From positions 27,838,001 to 27,902,000 of the forward strand of contig NW_026262668.1 in NCBI RefSeq assembly GCF_021869535.1: DNA of 64,000 bases. The letters are read 5' to 3'. The notes under the pieces are model-generated. The model made no database searches. It saw nothing but the letters and a program-made list of their open reading frames with translations, and was not told the DNA's origin. This document shows, in pieces, positions 13,879-28,800 of this stretch (position 1 is its first letter; every line of letters starts with the position of its first letter). Both the position numbers and the translations under genes were made by a program. The DNA is from Mytilus californianus. Taxonomy: Eukaryota.

Positions 13879-16800
13879 CTATGATAAAACAATTGAATTG
13901 CATGAAATGTTTGCTGGTCAAATTTTCCGTCAAAGTTCTTTTGTAGCAGAAATAACAAAAAAATGATAAAAAAAAATGTTGTCAGAAGTGTAATGGAGGT
14001 GAATGTTTATTTTTTGTTTTTTCTCTATTTTTGGAACTTCTGAGGAATATATTTGAATGATTTGCCTAGAAAAGACCAGATTTGTTACAAAATAGAAAAA
14101 TCTGAAAATGCAAGGATTAAAATATAACTGCTGCACCTTTTTTTATGATGTCGAGTTTTTTTTTTTTTTTTTTTTTTTTTGATTATTTGATTTCCCTTGC
14201 TGGTCGTTGAACGCAATGTAGTGGCGTCTGACTTAATGTTTTACAGTACAAACGATGTGTATTTGTGGTTGTTTATTCTCTGTCAGGTCAACAATTTGTA
14301 TTTGAATACGAACCTTTTGTAAACGTCTGCATTTCCATTTGAATCCTGAATGATATCTGTCATACAATACGGATACGCTCCATTACATTCTTTTAGCTGT
14401 GACGTAGAAACCTGTCGGCTGCTGCAGGGTATGCCATTTGACGTATCGCCACATTGGTGGCAAGAAATCTTAGCTGTAAACGATAACAAAACTTCAAGCA
14501 TGGCATTAAAGTCATGAAATATCTACTATTTTCATATCTATAGATAAATAGACAACGTATAACTATACAACTCGTGATTTTTACCTTTAATAATTCGCAT
14601 ACAATAATTATATATAGTTTTAAAAATAACAATTCTTTTGAATATTTTAAAAGGAGATGATTTAGATTGAAACCATTTTTTGATTTATCAGCAATGCAAA
14701 GTGATTTTGATGTTTGTTGTAAAATTTAGTTTTCTGTGTACATTAACGAGAAATGCTCACCTTTAGGAGTTGTCGATGTTGTGGGAACTGCTGTAATATA
14801 TTATGCAACAATTTTAAATACAACATTATCTAACAAAAGCACATATTTTTCTTGTGTTTATGCATAGATGTATAAACCGGTTTATGTAATGCATTTTTTT
14901 CTAATCTTTATAATATACAATGTGCCATTTCATGAAAATAACACTTTATAAATTTCATGCGTCCGTAATGATCCAAAAAAAGTTACATCAACATTTACTT
15001 TGGTCACAGTTTAGATCTTGAAGATAAAGAAAATGGCAGTCATGTAAAGTGGTAAAACAATAAATATTGAGACTTATTTTTTTCATGAAATGTGTTCTAT
15101 CTCACACAAAAGGTTACTGGGGGATAGAAATATGGTCATTTAATTCTTCTTCCGAACGGCATTAACACTCTTGCCAAAATGGGGCGATCGTTTGGCTGTG
15201 CAGGATGTACAAATACGCAGCCACGTCCGGTCAGAATGGGGACGTTAAATCCGATGCCTTGTGTAAAGAGAATGCCATGTTCTCTGTACGTTAAGAACCA
15301 TGTCAACAACTCTTTGAGGGGTCCGTAGGTGGCCTGTTGCAAGACAAATATTCTGTCCCTGTCTAATATACCCTTATTTTCCATTTTCAGTAAAAATTTC
15401 ACCGACCTTCATCCAGGACGGCCTCTATTACGGGACCTACCTATTGTATGTATTGTTATTTTGTTCTCGTCCTGAACATGCATGAAATATATGCCACTGG
15501 ACGTTAAGCAACCAACAATCAATCCACGAAATTGTACAAGGTAGACATTCCATATTTCCTTTCATGCATGTTTAATTAAATTTGAATTAAATAACACCTG
15601 AGTCCAGTTGTCAGATATCAACTGACCGACACTCGTGCATCTTAGTATGGAGAAGTATAAAGTCTATCAAAAGTAATTCAAGGCAAGTCTTACATTTTCC
15701 TTTTTTTCTGGTAAAATTAAGTAACACTTGTAATTACTTATCCAACATTACACGTGATTGATTTGATATTGGAGAAAACTAAGTAACTTACAACTGTTTT
15801 ACAACTTACGTATAGTATTTTAAAGTTCATCAGGTGAACAATGAAAATCAGTTACCGTGAACTACATTCCATGCTTCACTTAATTTATTAATAAGGTTAG
15901 ATCAGCTACTAGCACATGTTTTAAACAATATATTGGCTTTATACGTGCAATTTAAAAGAACTGTTTAACAATTATTCTATGTTGTAATTGAGAATAATTT
16001 AAGATGTATTCATAACGAATGTTGATAAAAGTTCCGAGAGGACCGATGGCGATAATTAAGTGTCTATTTTCGAAAACTTGTTACCTGTAGTGGAAAGTGT
16101 TGTGGAATTCGTAGTTGAAACCGTAGTAGGAGTTGTAGGAACTGAAAGTGTTGTGGAATTCGTAGTTGAAACCGTAGTAGGAGTTGTAGGAAATGAAAGT
16201 GTTGTGGAATTCGTAGTTGAAACCGTAGTAGGAGTTGTAGGAACTGAAAGAGATATTAGTGGTTATACATTTATAAAAGTTACTCAATCTGTATGTCTGT
16301 GAAGTGTTTTGTTGATAGATTATTGTTTGTTTATGTCTTTTTTTTTCATATTTTGGTTATGGTAATGCCAGTCCGTCTAAAACTCGTGATTATATGAGCT
16401 GCGTCGAATAGAAATCGACCTTATGCAAATGACTATCAATACATATGTTAACCTATTTCGGGTTGAAAAAATCTTTATGGGAAGTCCCTATATGTTTGAA
16501 AATTGAGCTGTTATAAGTAAATCAACAACACAGACCAAGATCTATCTTTTATTTCGTATTTGAATGATCCGAAATATATCAAAGTCTTATACATGTACAT
16601 GTATACGTGTATTGCTCCTTGATAGATTTCAATGTCCTAAAAGATGTACTTAGACGAAATTAATAAAATCTAGAATTTAAAATTGACACTATAAGCCAGA
16701 AGAGCATTAGTTAAGGAACAACAATAGCTAAAAATATTGATAGGTTATGGAGCTCTTTTTCGAGATATTTATTTTTTTTTAAATCGGACTTTTACCTTAT

Positions 16801-19800
16801 ATTTGCATTGGTATTATTGGAGTCTCTAATCGAAAGAAAAGAAATCTAGAATCTGCTTAAATTTTGGTAAATGACCTTTTATGAGCGATTGAAGTCTAAA
16901 ATAAAAAGACAAATGGGTATTATGGGGCAAAATATTTTACCCTGTATCGTAGGAAAAAAACAAGGAGTCCGAACATCTGACAAAAATTCCTAAACCTGAC
17001 CTAAGTATATCATTAACTGGAGGATATTGATATTTTCAAAAGCGTACACTAGAAATTCAACCAATGAAAGAAGTTTATTTTTATTTTAATGTACACAGAT
17101 TTTCATTTCATATATTGCTTTAGATTTCGAAACAGTGCATTTAAGAGAAGAGCAAAACGAGTATTTCAATAGGGAAAAGAGGCCAACGATATCAAGAGGA
17201 CAGTAAAACAGGGACTTATACAGAATCAAACTATTTCCGACCTATCCCGTTCGCTATATTTGAATCCCTTCATTCTTATGTTTTATTTACCTCCTGTCTT
17301 AGGATTTTTTCTATCATTTACGGGTTCCCCTTATTTTTAGTGTTACTTTTAAGATAGTATCTTTGGTCTTCTACGTGTTTACATCTTTTAAAACATATGA
17401 TTCAAAAATTTAATTGAATATTTTTTTACAATTATAAACAATATTGAAACCAAAATATGGTAAGCATCAGTTCGTAAATTAAAATCAAATATTCAAACTT
17501 AAGTTACATTCAGCTCATAACCATGCAATAAACAATAAAAATTTACAAATACACTTCCCTTGATAGAATTGAATTATATGCACTTTCCAAAAACGGTTCC
17601 AAAGATGTAAAAATGTAATTCAGTGATAATGTTATTGAATATTTCAGTTTCCACGACAGCATGATTTTGTATATTTGAAAGATGTTTAAAAAAGGCTATT
17701 ATTCAAAACTTTGTTTAGTAACGATATTGTAGGGTTAGGTGCTTCACATGATTTATTTTTTTGTTATACTTTCTTCTTCTACCTTTAGTTATTCCAATGA
17801 CGAGACACTTTGCCGATAGTTGACTTTGTGTATATCTTTGTATCGTTTAGTCCATAATTTGTTGTGGTAATGGCCGATCTGGGTAATGTTATGAATTTTT
17901 AATTTACTCAATTATCTAGACTAGTACTGAATTAGAGCTTGACATTTAACATTGACGCTTACCTACTGTTGAGAACCGTATTTTTACCTCTTAATGATCT
18001 TCGGCTTTATTTTTATTATAAGATTGATGCAGTATTGGCGTGTTCCTATTTACTTTTATTCAATGAATGTCGACTTTGTTAATGCTCGGACTTTATTGAG
18101 TATTGTGCGTCCCAAATATTTGCCTTGTAATTAACGCATGCTTTTTTTGTTGTTGTTATTTTACATGTTGTTTCAGTAGTATGGATAACCAACAACGATA
18201 CAGTAGTTTAACAACATAACAAAATATAACATCTAGTGGCTATCATTTGGTAATTACGATGAGCAGGGACTCAGATAATACGTCCAGCTCTAAATTACCC
18301 CTAGCATATAAACAAGAGAACCCAAGCACTTAAATCGCACATGAAGCGACGTTATATGTGCACACGTACATTTTTAGAAAAAATTGCAATATTTGTTAGT
18401 TAGTTTAAGGCAATAGGAACGCTAATTACATCTTAAAGTCAAGCTTGGAACGCAAATGACATTTTAAAGCAAAGCTTTGATAAAGCATTTGTGTGAGGTC
18501 ACGGTTCTTTATAAAGGTGCAACATCATGTGTGTTTCCTCAATAATTTGTCAAAATGACTCATATTTATTTCATTTTCACATTACTTAAATAAATAAAAC
18601 ATATGTATCAAATTGATTAATTATAATAAATTAATGTTAACGTGGTTTTATATTAATTATTAACCCGTTTGTTTACTAGGCTTCGTTGAAGACAAGAACT
18701 TCAAAATGGGAAAGTGGTTTCATAGGACAAAAAATATTGTAAAAAATATACATATCAAATGTTTAGCCGATTAAACACATAAAGTCTATAAATATCTAAT
18801 ACGAATGACCTCAAAATTGCGCCGATTGACATAATAAAAGTTGAAAAACAATCATAATTTATTATGTTGTTACTGACTGGCGTGAGGTTTTCTAACTCAA
18901 AAACATACGGAAAAAATCATATTTTATTTTATTTTTTTTATATTTCGTAGCTAATGCCCCTTTCATATGAGGAAGTATTAAGTCTATCAAAAGTTATCCA
19001 AGGCAAGTCTTACATTTTCCCTCTTTTCTGATAAAATTAAGTAACACTTGTAATTACTTATCCAACATTAAACGTGATAGATTTGATATTGAAGAAAACT
19101 AAGTGACTTACAACTTACGTAGTATTTTAAAGTTCATCAGATGAACAATGAAAATCAGTTACCGTGAACTACATTCCATGCTTCACTTAATTTAAGGTTA
19201 GATCAGTCTACTAGCACATGTTTTAAACAATATATTGGCTTTATTCGTGCAATTTTAAAAAAAAAACAGTCTAACAATTATTTTATGTTTTAATTGAGAA
19301 TAATTTACGATGTATTCATAACGAATGTTGATAAAAGTTCCGAGAGGACCGATGGCCCAAGACTACAATTAATGACCCCACTTTACGTTGTTCACGAATA
19401 AAGTTCCCTTTAATTAAAGTGTATTTTTTCTTTATTTTTTTCTTTCCTTTTCTCATACATTTCTTAGTTTTTATAAGGTGGAAATGAAAGAAGAGAGCTG
19501 AAATAATTTTTTGGATGTTTTATTTTAACTGATTTTGATATGAAAAGAGTGATTAGGCCAGGTGCAAAAAGGTAATATTTACAGTTTTCGGAACATCTCT
19601 TGACTTGTCCATAGGGGTATGGATGTGTATTGGCTAAATTTGTAAGATGTAAACGTTCAATTTTTCTGAAACTTTGATATATTTTAGGTCTTGTACTGTA
19701 CATTACACACACAAAAGATTTGACAAAAAAGCAGGTAATTTTTTTTTAATTAGACAAAACGTTATAAAGAACTAGTAGAGGAATTAATTGTGGTCTGTGG

Positions 19801-22800
19801 CCCGATGGCGATAATTAAGTGTCTATTTTCGAAAACTTGTTACCTGTAGTAGAAAGTGTTGTGGAATTCGTAGTTAAAACCGTAGTAGGAGTTGTAGGAA
19901 CTGAAAGAGATATTATACAATTATTGCCTTTGAATGAGGTCGATACGAGGTTATATCGACCTAAGAGAAGCATATTGACTGAGGACGAAGTCCGAGGTCG
20001 ATATGCTTCTCTTGGTCGATATAACACCATATTGACCTCAATCAAAGGCTACGGCTACAATATTTATATCATTAATCAACAACAGCAGGGACTCAGACAA
20101 TACATGTTGTTTCTGTAGTATGGATAACCAACAACGATACAGTAGTTTAACAACACAACAAAATATAATATCTAGTGGCTATCATTTGGTAATTATGATG
20201 AGCAGGGACTCAGATAATACGTCCAGCTCTAAATTACCCCTAGCATATCAACAAAAAAGACAACCCAAGCACTTAAATCGCACACGAAGCGACGTTATAT
20301 GTGCACACGTACATTTTTAGAAAGAATTGCAATATTTGTTAGTTAGTTTTAAGGCAATAAGAACGCTAATAACATCTTAAAGTCAAGCTTGGAACGCAAA
20401 TGACATTTTAAAGAAAAGCTTTGATAAAGCATTTGTGTGAGGTCACGGTTGTTTATAAAGGTGCACGTGGTTTCATAGGACAACAAATATTGTAAAATAT
20501 ATATATATATTTAGCCGATTAAACACATATAGCCTATAAATATTTAATACGTATGACCTCAAAATTATTGTGCTGATTGACATAATTAAAGTTGAAAAAC
20601 AATCATATGTTGTTACTGACTGCCGTGAAGTTTTCTATCACAAAAACATACGGGAAAACATTTGTTTTACATTCAATGACTGACAAAATCGAAACATGAC
20701 GTATACTTACATGTATTTGAAACTGAAGGAAGTGTACTTGAAGCAACAGGAAGTGAACTTGATACTACCGGAAGTGTTGCAGTACTTGGAACTACAGGGA
20801 GTGTTGTTGGTTGTATGAATAGTTTAATTTGGTCTGGTTTAGGATGAAGATTACATGGGGTGGTTGCATTGGATTCACAACAATAATGACAAAGAAGCTT
20901 ATTTCCTGTTTTGGAAGCATCAACACCGGTCATATTCCCTGTCAAACAGGCGTCGGTTTTTCTCGACTGTAACCATTTTCCTTTACACTGTTCTTGGGAT
21001 GCACATCTAAAAATACCATGTGTGTTACCTCCACTTGTATAAAGCTTTCATTATTTTAAGGGAAATAATCGTTATATATCAAGTGTTTTGTGTCTATTGG
21101 TTTCTGTCTCGTTGACTTAGACCCCACTTCTTCCTATATACATAAATTGTCTAAATTCATTATCTTTCAAAATTGGTATGCGGATGGTTCATATGTTTTC
21201 TGTAGTGGTTGTTGATTTTTCGATGTACTTTTTTATCTGGTGACGCTATTTTCTAATAAATAAATGAATGCATTTCAATTCTGAATGTATACTTTCGATG
21301 GTTTTTCAAATACTAATGAAAATTGATATTTTATCTTATTTATTTCATCGATAAGCCCAGTGTTTCGCTTTTTAACACGAGCCCCCATCACGATAGTTGG
21401 ACGCTGAAGTGGTAATCTAAGGTAGCAATACACAGTTAGAAGTTTAGTTTCGCATTATGGCCATGTGAATTTTTTAAATATGAAAGTTTTTGTACAATAA
21501 AATTGATTTTTAGATAGTTGAAGAATAATATAGCCTTCCAAGTGGGTTTATATGATCATTTAGATTGTTTTAGCATGTTTTATAGGCCATTTTTCTGTTT
21601 GACAGTCCGTATTTTCCTATCCGCACTGCCCTTGATCTAGAAATTATTGTACTGTTTTTCAACAAAGATTTGTTGCTCGATCTTTTCAATTCAATTTTAT
21701 GGAAAAACAAGCAGAAATGCATAAGATTTTTTGTTTACCTCTTGATAGATATAGGTCTATGGTTTCAGGAAAGGTATCACTCTAATTGATTGAAATTTTC
21801 CTTTTGACCAAATTTTTGAGACTTTTGTGGCATGTTCACTCCCCTTTTTTGCAATATTTTGTATCAAATAAATGCAGATTGTTGCCATGGTTACACCAAA
21901 AGAGATTATATTTCACCTTTTTAACTATTAAAAATGAAATCTATGGAAGATGCTCTTTCCAGAAATATACACATGCATAACACAAATAGAAAGCCTTATT
22001 TATTAGATAGGAAGGAAAAGAGGGTGGTTAAAAATTATGAGTGTCAATTTTAAGGTTTTTTCCTAACTGTGTATTGCTACCTAAGGTGCTCCGGAAGGAT
22101 TAGAAGATTTACATGTGAAACCCATCGTGTCACTCCTATAAAACACGTTGGCAAGTTATATCAAGTGATCATGTATCACGCAAAAGCCGATTGGCAATTG
22201 AATCTCGTCTTACCACGTATATGCTGTTTCATAAGTTTGAAGGGAAGTCCGAAGTTAACCGAAGTTGTGTTTTTAAAATATTTTTCACTTTGCACAAGGT
22301 TCTTGATATTTGTCATGATATATCAGATATGTAAAGTACCAAAAATTTATACTGAACCTTCTAAAATCCCTAGTTATAAGGTTCTGAGTCGTCGGATCTG
22401 TGTCATAAACCACATCATTGAGACAGAATCTTTCTGAAGGAGGACAATCTTGTACCTTATTCCCATTTTGTGGACCGGTTACAACACATTTATAGGCTGC
22501 AAAAATACAAAATAAACGATTGGTTACAGAATCGGTAAATGAACACATCAAAAATATCAGCCTTATAATTTTGTACTCAAGACGCGTGTTTTGGACAACA
22601 TTAAAAATTGGAACTCTATCAACTTTCTCAACTTGTTAGGCAAAATTAATCATGTGTATATCATCAACATCGAATACCAAACAACAATTATAAAATTTGT
22701 TTAAAGACCTTATAAAATACACACGAAATTTTGAAAATTTCCTTTTTCATATTTATAGTCAGTAAATGCTCAACTACACATGTAGTGGTCCTTCTGACTT

Positions 22801-25800
22801 TTGCTGTTACAACTGCAAACATGCACCTCGACGTAAATATTGTTACAAAACAGTATGTTGATAACGATATTGACTATTTCAGTAGTATCAAATATTCTTA
22901 AGATAACTTATGCTCCCTTTTAGTTCAGTGATGTCTCCATTGATTCTTTTTTCTACAAATCACACAAAATCACACAATCTTGTAAAATTTTATCATCCAG
23001 AAGTTTTGTTATTTGAGAAGTGGTCTTTCGATAAATCGGAATAAAACTACACCACTTGTAGTCGTTTTAATTTCTTTTTACATGATAAAAAATATAAAAA
23101 TACACAAATCGAATTTCAGTGCAAAAATTATTTATTAAAAGCCATTTGTTTTTTGCTTAATAATATCTATGTTATGGAGATAATAAATATAGTCAAGGGA
23201 TAGGTATTCCAACTGGAGCAAACTGTGTCCCATTTATTACACTGTCAGATTGAATTTTTTTTGTTACGAATCAAAGATTACAGCAAGATTAAGAAAGATC
23301 TAATGAAACAACTTTAATTAGATATTTTAACAATCTCTGCATATATTTAGACGATGTGTTCTCTGTAAACAATCCAGATTTTTCGTAATATAAAACAACT
23401 CACTCTTACTAAATCGACAAGGTATTTTTTCAACCTTGGCACTTAAATATTGCATGGCAATTGTCGTACTAAAATTTGTAATAAAGGAACAAAGTGTCCT
23501 CTTCTTTTGTTAATTGTCGTTTCCTTGGTTACGATGTTCCTTTTGTTCCCTCTAATGGAACGAACTTTTCTCATTTGGTTCGATATGCACATGTTTGCAG
23601 GGAGGTCTCAGATTTCTATGATCATACTACTTTCATTACTAGAAATGTACAACAGGGATATTGATGATCATAAATTGGTCAAAAACATCTAACTAAATTT
23701 AATCACATATCAACTTACAACTATCGATCTTAGTGTGTATTAGTGTGTACCAAATAAGTTAAGAACTTTGAGCTTGCTAAAAGTAGCTGCACACATTTTT
23801 TATACAGTAAGATATTGTTTTTTTGTATTTGTGATTTTTCTAATCAATTGAACAGTTGATTTTTTAGTCAAGTGCTTTCCCCCTTTTTGATGATTTAGAG
23901 TAAAAGGGAGACGTTTGAGATCCTAAGAAACACATGTTGATAGACATTTCTTAAGTAGGGCATGTTAGCGGTTGTCTTTTCTTATCTTTATTAAAAAAAT
24001 TTTCTTTATTTTTTTTCATTTGGGGATTTTTTTATTAAATGCTGGTCTTTTATAGCCTCTACGTTAATCCACAACTTTTTTTACCACGGCTGTTTAGAGA
24101 TTAACGTATTGTATAGACCTTATTCTAGTGTTGACGTCCATATATTGACCTCTAGATGTTTTTGAGGGTTTTGTTTTTCGCTTGATGTCTCAATGACGTA
24201 AACCCCACGTCCTCTTGGTAGAACTTTATTTGTCAGTATTATTGATTAACTTGCTATATACCTCTGTTTTGAGTTTGACCAAAGTTTGTTAAGTTTGTTG
24301 GTTTTTCCGTCATCGCATTGCAAGGTTTACCATTAGGTCCCTGACAACAGTATGTACACACGCCATTTTGAATACATTCAGTTCCGTTACCAGTGCCAAT
24401 CCAGTAATCCCAATAGCACTCTACTCTACTTGCACATCTTGAAAATATGCACGGGCATTATATTAACAAACTTTAAGTGAAAAGACCATAATTATATATC
24501 TTCTGTTAGTCTACTGATCGGGATGATGAAATGATAAAAGGGGGAGGGTTGAGATATCAAAACCTAGTTTAAACCCGCCACATTTCCTTGTGCCTGACCG
24601 AAGTATAACACTTCGCAAATAGTCGTATATTTAATCTTTATGTCTTTCGTTATTAAAAGAATTGAGTATTGATGGCAGGTCTTTGATTGTTGCTGTTTGA
24701 ATTTCATTCACAACTTTTACAGACTTGGGATGCATTAGAGCTTGCTATATATGTAAAAACCTGTCGATTGTTGATGTCTTTTGTTTGCATTTTATCGGTT
24801 CGTTGCTGTCTCATTGACGTATAACTCACATCTCCTTTTATTCTTATACTTTTTACCTCTATTTACATATAATACCTGTATGCAGGTCTTACCGTGTACA
24901 TTTATTTTTTAAGAAATGGATGCCCGTAACATATTTTAATTGCTCATTTTTAAAAGTTGAATGTTTGTGGACGTCGCATGGCGACATTTCCGTAGATTTT
25001 TACTCTTTGAAGTGAATACCCAGGGCCGTAGCGTAATGGAGGCAACTGAGGCAAATGCCTCACTTTTGAAGTGTCATTTTTTTTTTCAATTATGTATTTT
25101 ACATTATCAATATGCGAGTTTCGAGTTTCAAATTATCTACCGGCACACTACATACAGTGTGTCCAATCTGCAGCAGCGATTGTAGCTTTTACCATAGCGG
25201 TGACGGTAAAAAAATAAGTGTTCCGAATACAAATCAAAATAAAAAAATTGAAACACAAATCTTAATGTCGTTACAAAACTGGTTGAAGACGGGTTCTTTA
25301 AAGAGAAAAAAAAGAGGAAAAAGGTAACTCATGAGTATAAACACTCCCTATAAGTATGCTGGCTTATTCCTTTCCTTGGTTTATTTTTGAATCGATAACG
25401 CTATAGTTACCAATGTTTACACTATGATCAACTCACTGAACAACAAATGCTAATCGATAAAATAATTCATTGACCAAAAATATAATAATTAGTTATAATT
25501 AATTTAAACAAAATCATGAAGCACCTTTTCTATGGAAGTCTTTAATGTATAAGGCAATTCATGATTTTTATTTATCGGAGAATCGGAAAGTTTTGATTGA
25601 CCACACAGATTAACTTTAATATTGAAACTTGTTTTGTTACTTACTAGGCTAGCTATTAACAAAAAAACGCATTTCTGTTATATTTTTTTTTGTTTTTTAT
25701 TATGAATACATTGACCTCTCCCATAGTAATGCTGAAATAATCTTCTCCCGTTTCAGGCACCCGAACCCCCCTAAAAAAATTTTCGCTTCGCTCGGCTCAG

Positions 25801-28800
25801 TTGATTTGGACATGCGCTACGGCATTGATACCTCATCTGTTAATATATACTATGAACGTTTGAGTATGTTTCAATATATTTAGCAATGTCGAAAGACCTG
25901 CATAATGTCAAATTATAAAAATACTGATTGTTTAGTCTCTAAGAAAACTTGTAAGATATCCGTTGCTATCTTTGCAGTTTGGGTACTCGGTGCAATTTGG
26001 GTACCATGACGTTACATATGTCAGACAACTGAAAACAAGGACACAAATAAATAAAAGACATCTATAGGTTAGACAAGTGTCTCTTAAATTTGATAGTCCC
26101 GATTCTATGAACAGTTATAAATGAATTAAACAGAAGCTATATGTTAAAGATCTAATATCAATATTTGTCATATATTTAGTAGTAAATACAGTAGTTTTGA
26201 ATATTTGATAAATAGCCTGCTGTTTAATCGGTATCGCTCAACTTTGATGCGCACCCTTTATCACACCCTTTTATCGCATGTCTACCCTTTATCACACCCC
26301 TTTATCGCACCCCTGCTCGGATTTCTCGTTCTCGTTCTATACGGAGTCTCTCGGACAGTTCGTATATACTCTCCTGTTTAAATATATGATAAAGCGTATA
26401 AAATATGGCAAATTCGTATCACATGCCGTATCACCCTCGGCCAATATCATCCCTAGGGCCTAAAGGCCCTCGGGCTGATATTGATATCTCGGGATGATAC
26501 GGCATGTGATACGGATTTTGCCATGTATTATTCTGTATACACTATTAGCAACAATGTACTTGAATCTGCATTCAAAATAATAATCACTTAATTTTTTTTA
26601 AAACAATTTTCTTTCTTTCGTCAGGAAAACTACATCAGTGCAAGATGTGAATACCAAGATATATAATAAACCATCAAGGAGCTGTGTGCTATTCAATATG
26701 CTTCCTAATGTTTATCTATCATTTATCTTATTGTGAATACATTTTCTACATGTATCCTGATAAATTGATTAAATCAAAGATCTGCTAATAGAAGATGAAA
26801 AGTCAAGCAGCACGATCAATAATATTAGGACATGTAGGTGAAAAGATGAAAGGGATGTCTACAACACATACATCTTGTTTATGTATTTCTTTAAAGACAG
26901 CCATAGAAAAACAACAAAGTTAACTAGGAATAAGCATTGGATGAAACAGTATTGGGATTCTAATGGGCAGGTATGTCTTTATTGATTTACATGTACCTGT
27001 ATATACATACATGTATATACATATGATCATAAATTCCCTTACAATGTGAAACATTGAGATTTACTCCAAATACTTGGTGTGATTCGGGAAAGTTATAATT
27101 TTTCGGTACTTTATTTTTTCTATTTAATATCTCGTAATGTTGATATAATTTAAACGATTTTGTATAATCGAAAACATAATAATAATTCAGGAGAAAGCGA
27201 TTCACGCAATGAAATCTAAAAGATAAATTGTGTGAATTTAGAACGCGTTTTTAAACGGGATTTTAACCTAAATTATTAGTTTTACGTAAAAAATCTACTT
27301 GTTTTGTATATCTTAATATAAAATTCAAATTTTCAAAAAAAAAAACGTTTACCGCCATGAGCATTGAAATGTCATGGCGGGTCACATATGTGTTGGGGTA
27401 AAACTAGTTTTATTATACCCCAACTCTCCCTTTCTCCCTTTTTTAATCATGATCAATCATTGTGCACAAAAAAAAGATATATAAAAGAACTTTCAACAAA
27501 ATCATTTAAGAAAAGGCATTTAACGAAAAACAAAAGTAGAGTAGGCAACGAAAAACAAGTACAAACAAAATAATAGCAAACTGTATTAAACCGTATAAAA
27601 AATTATCGCAGTTACAGAAAGCAAGCTGAAACGACTAAAGCTGGTAATATGAAATACTACTATCCTTCATTTTTGTATGGATTGCTGTACTTTATAAATA
27701 ATCTCAACAGCAACATCATTAACAATATACGAAGACATGATTATGTGAAATTCTCAAGACTTACTGTATAAAATTTCAATGCAGAAAACCGTGAAGAGAA
27801 TCATTGTAGTCTCGCTTCAAACAATAAACTAGCAAATATATGCTTATTCAAAATACTAAAACCAGCGACCGAATGAATAAAAACAGTATAATTTCAATCA
27901 GAGGCGGCAGATATCAAAGGGATATTCAAACTCATAAGTCGATGACAAACTGACATCGTCATGGCCAAAAAACGAAAAAAAAACAAAAGACCAAAAGACA
28001 AATAACAGTATACAAAACACAACATAGAAGACTAAGGACTGAGCAACAAGAACCCCTACAAAAACAGAGGTTGATCTCAGGTACTTCAAAAGGGTAAGCA
28101 GATCCTGCTCCACATGTGACATCCGTCGTGTTTTCCCTATGAAATATGCTGACTAGTTAGTCTAGTTATATCGATTGATTAGGCATCACGCACTAGTGTT
28201 TTGTTAATTGACTCTTGTCTAACCCAAAAACTTCATCAAAAATATAAAAAAAAACATCGGTCATGTACATTTTCTAACCCTGAAAATTGACCAAATGTGA
28301 AATTTTGAAATTGAAACAAGTTTGGCATGATAATTTAACCATTTGGACTTTGGTTGATAGTTTTCCCATTGGCATTCATACCACATCTCCTAATTTAATA
28401 AAGGTCTCTTTTAAAGAGATCGTTGAATTTGACACACATGTCCTCTGTATATCAGTTTGGGAAAATCCATTTCTTTTATAAAAACTATATCGTGCCTTTA
28501 AATACCAGATGAAGGTTGTTCCGATGCGATGGGTTGCTTATACTTGGGAAATGCTGTGCTTTTAGTTGTTTTCTTCTATAAAACATAATTTACCTATGAA
28601 GAGTTTTTGTCCAATTACCATTATGATATATGATTTCATTGAGACAATAAGGTCTCTCCCCACTACACACAGTATAATCCATAGGAGAACAAGAAGCACT
28701 TTGATCTTCTGTACACACCAAACATTTAGTACCATTTACTGTAAAATAAGAAATAAAACAGACAGTGAGATAATTGTAACGGTAGGAGTTATTTCACAAG

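Larger units (their letters stand above)
15655..20660. repeat. Intragenic tandem segmental duplication carrying a linker exon
   Basis: 15655-16260 matches 18975-19910 (minus the MITE); 18150-18920 matches 20090-20660; a third homolog lies at 46585-47170 in gene 2. Confidence 0.85.

Noticed and set aside
15136-15402. Similar ORFs at 15136-15402, 37062-37403 and 37225-37422
   Set aside because: Chance frames within two copies of one SINE.
16060-16302. Plus-strand VVESVVEFVV ORFs (also 19819-20118) and a Tyr/Phe/His-rich minus frame (SYNSYYGFNYEFH) reminiscent of DOPA adhesive peptides
   Set aside because: Shadow or alternative frames of the 51-nt linker repeat; no signal peptide, and flanking exons fix the Thr frame.
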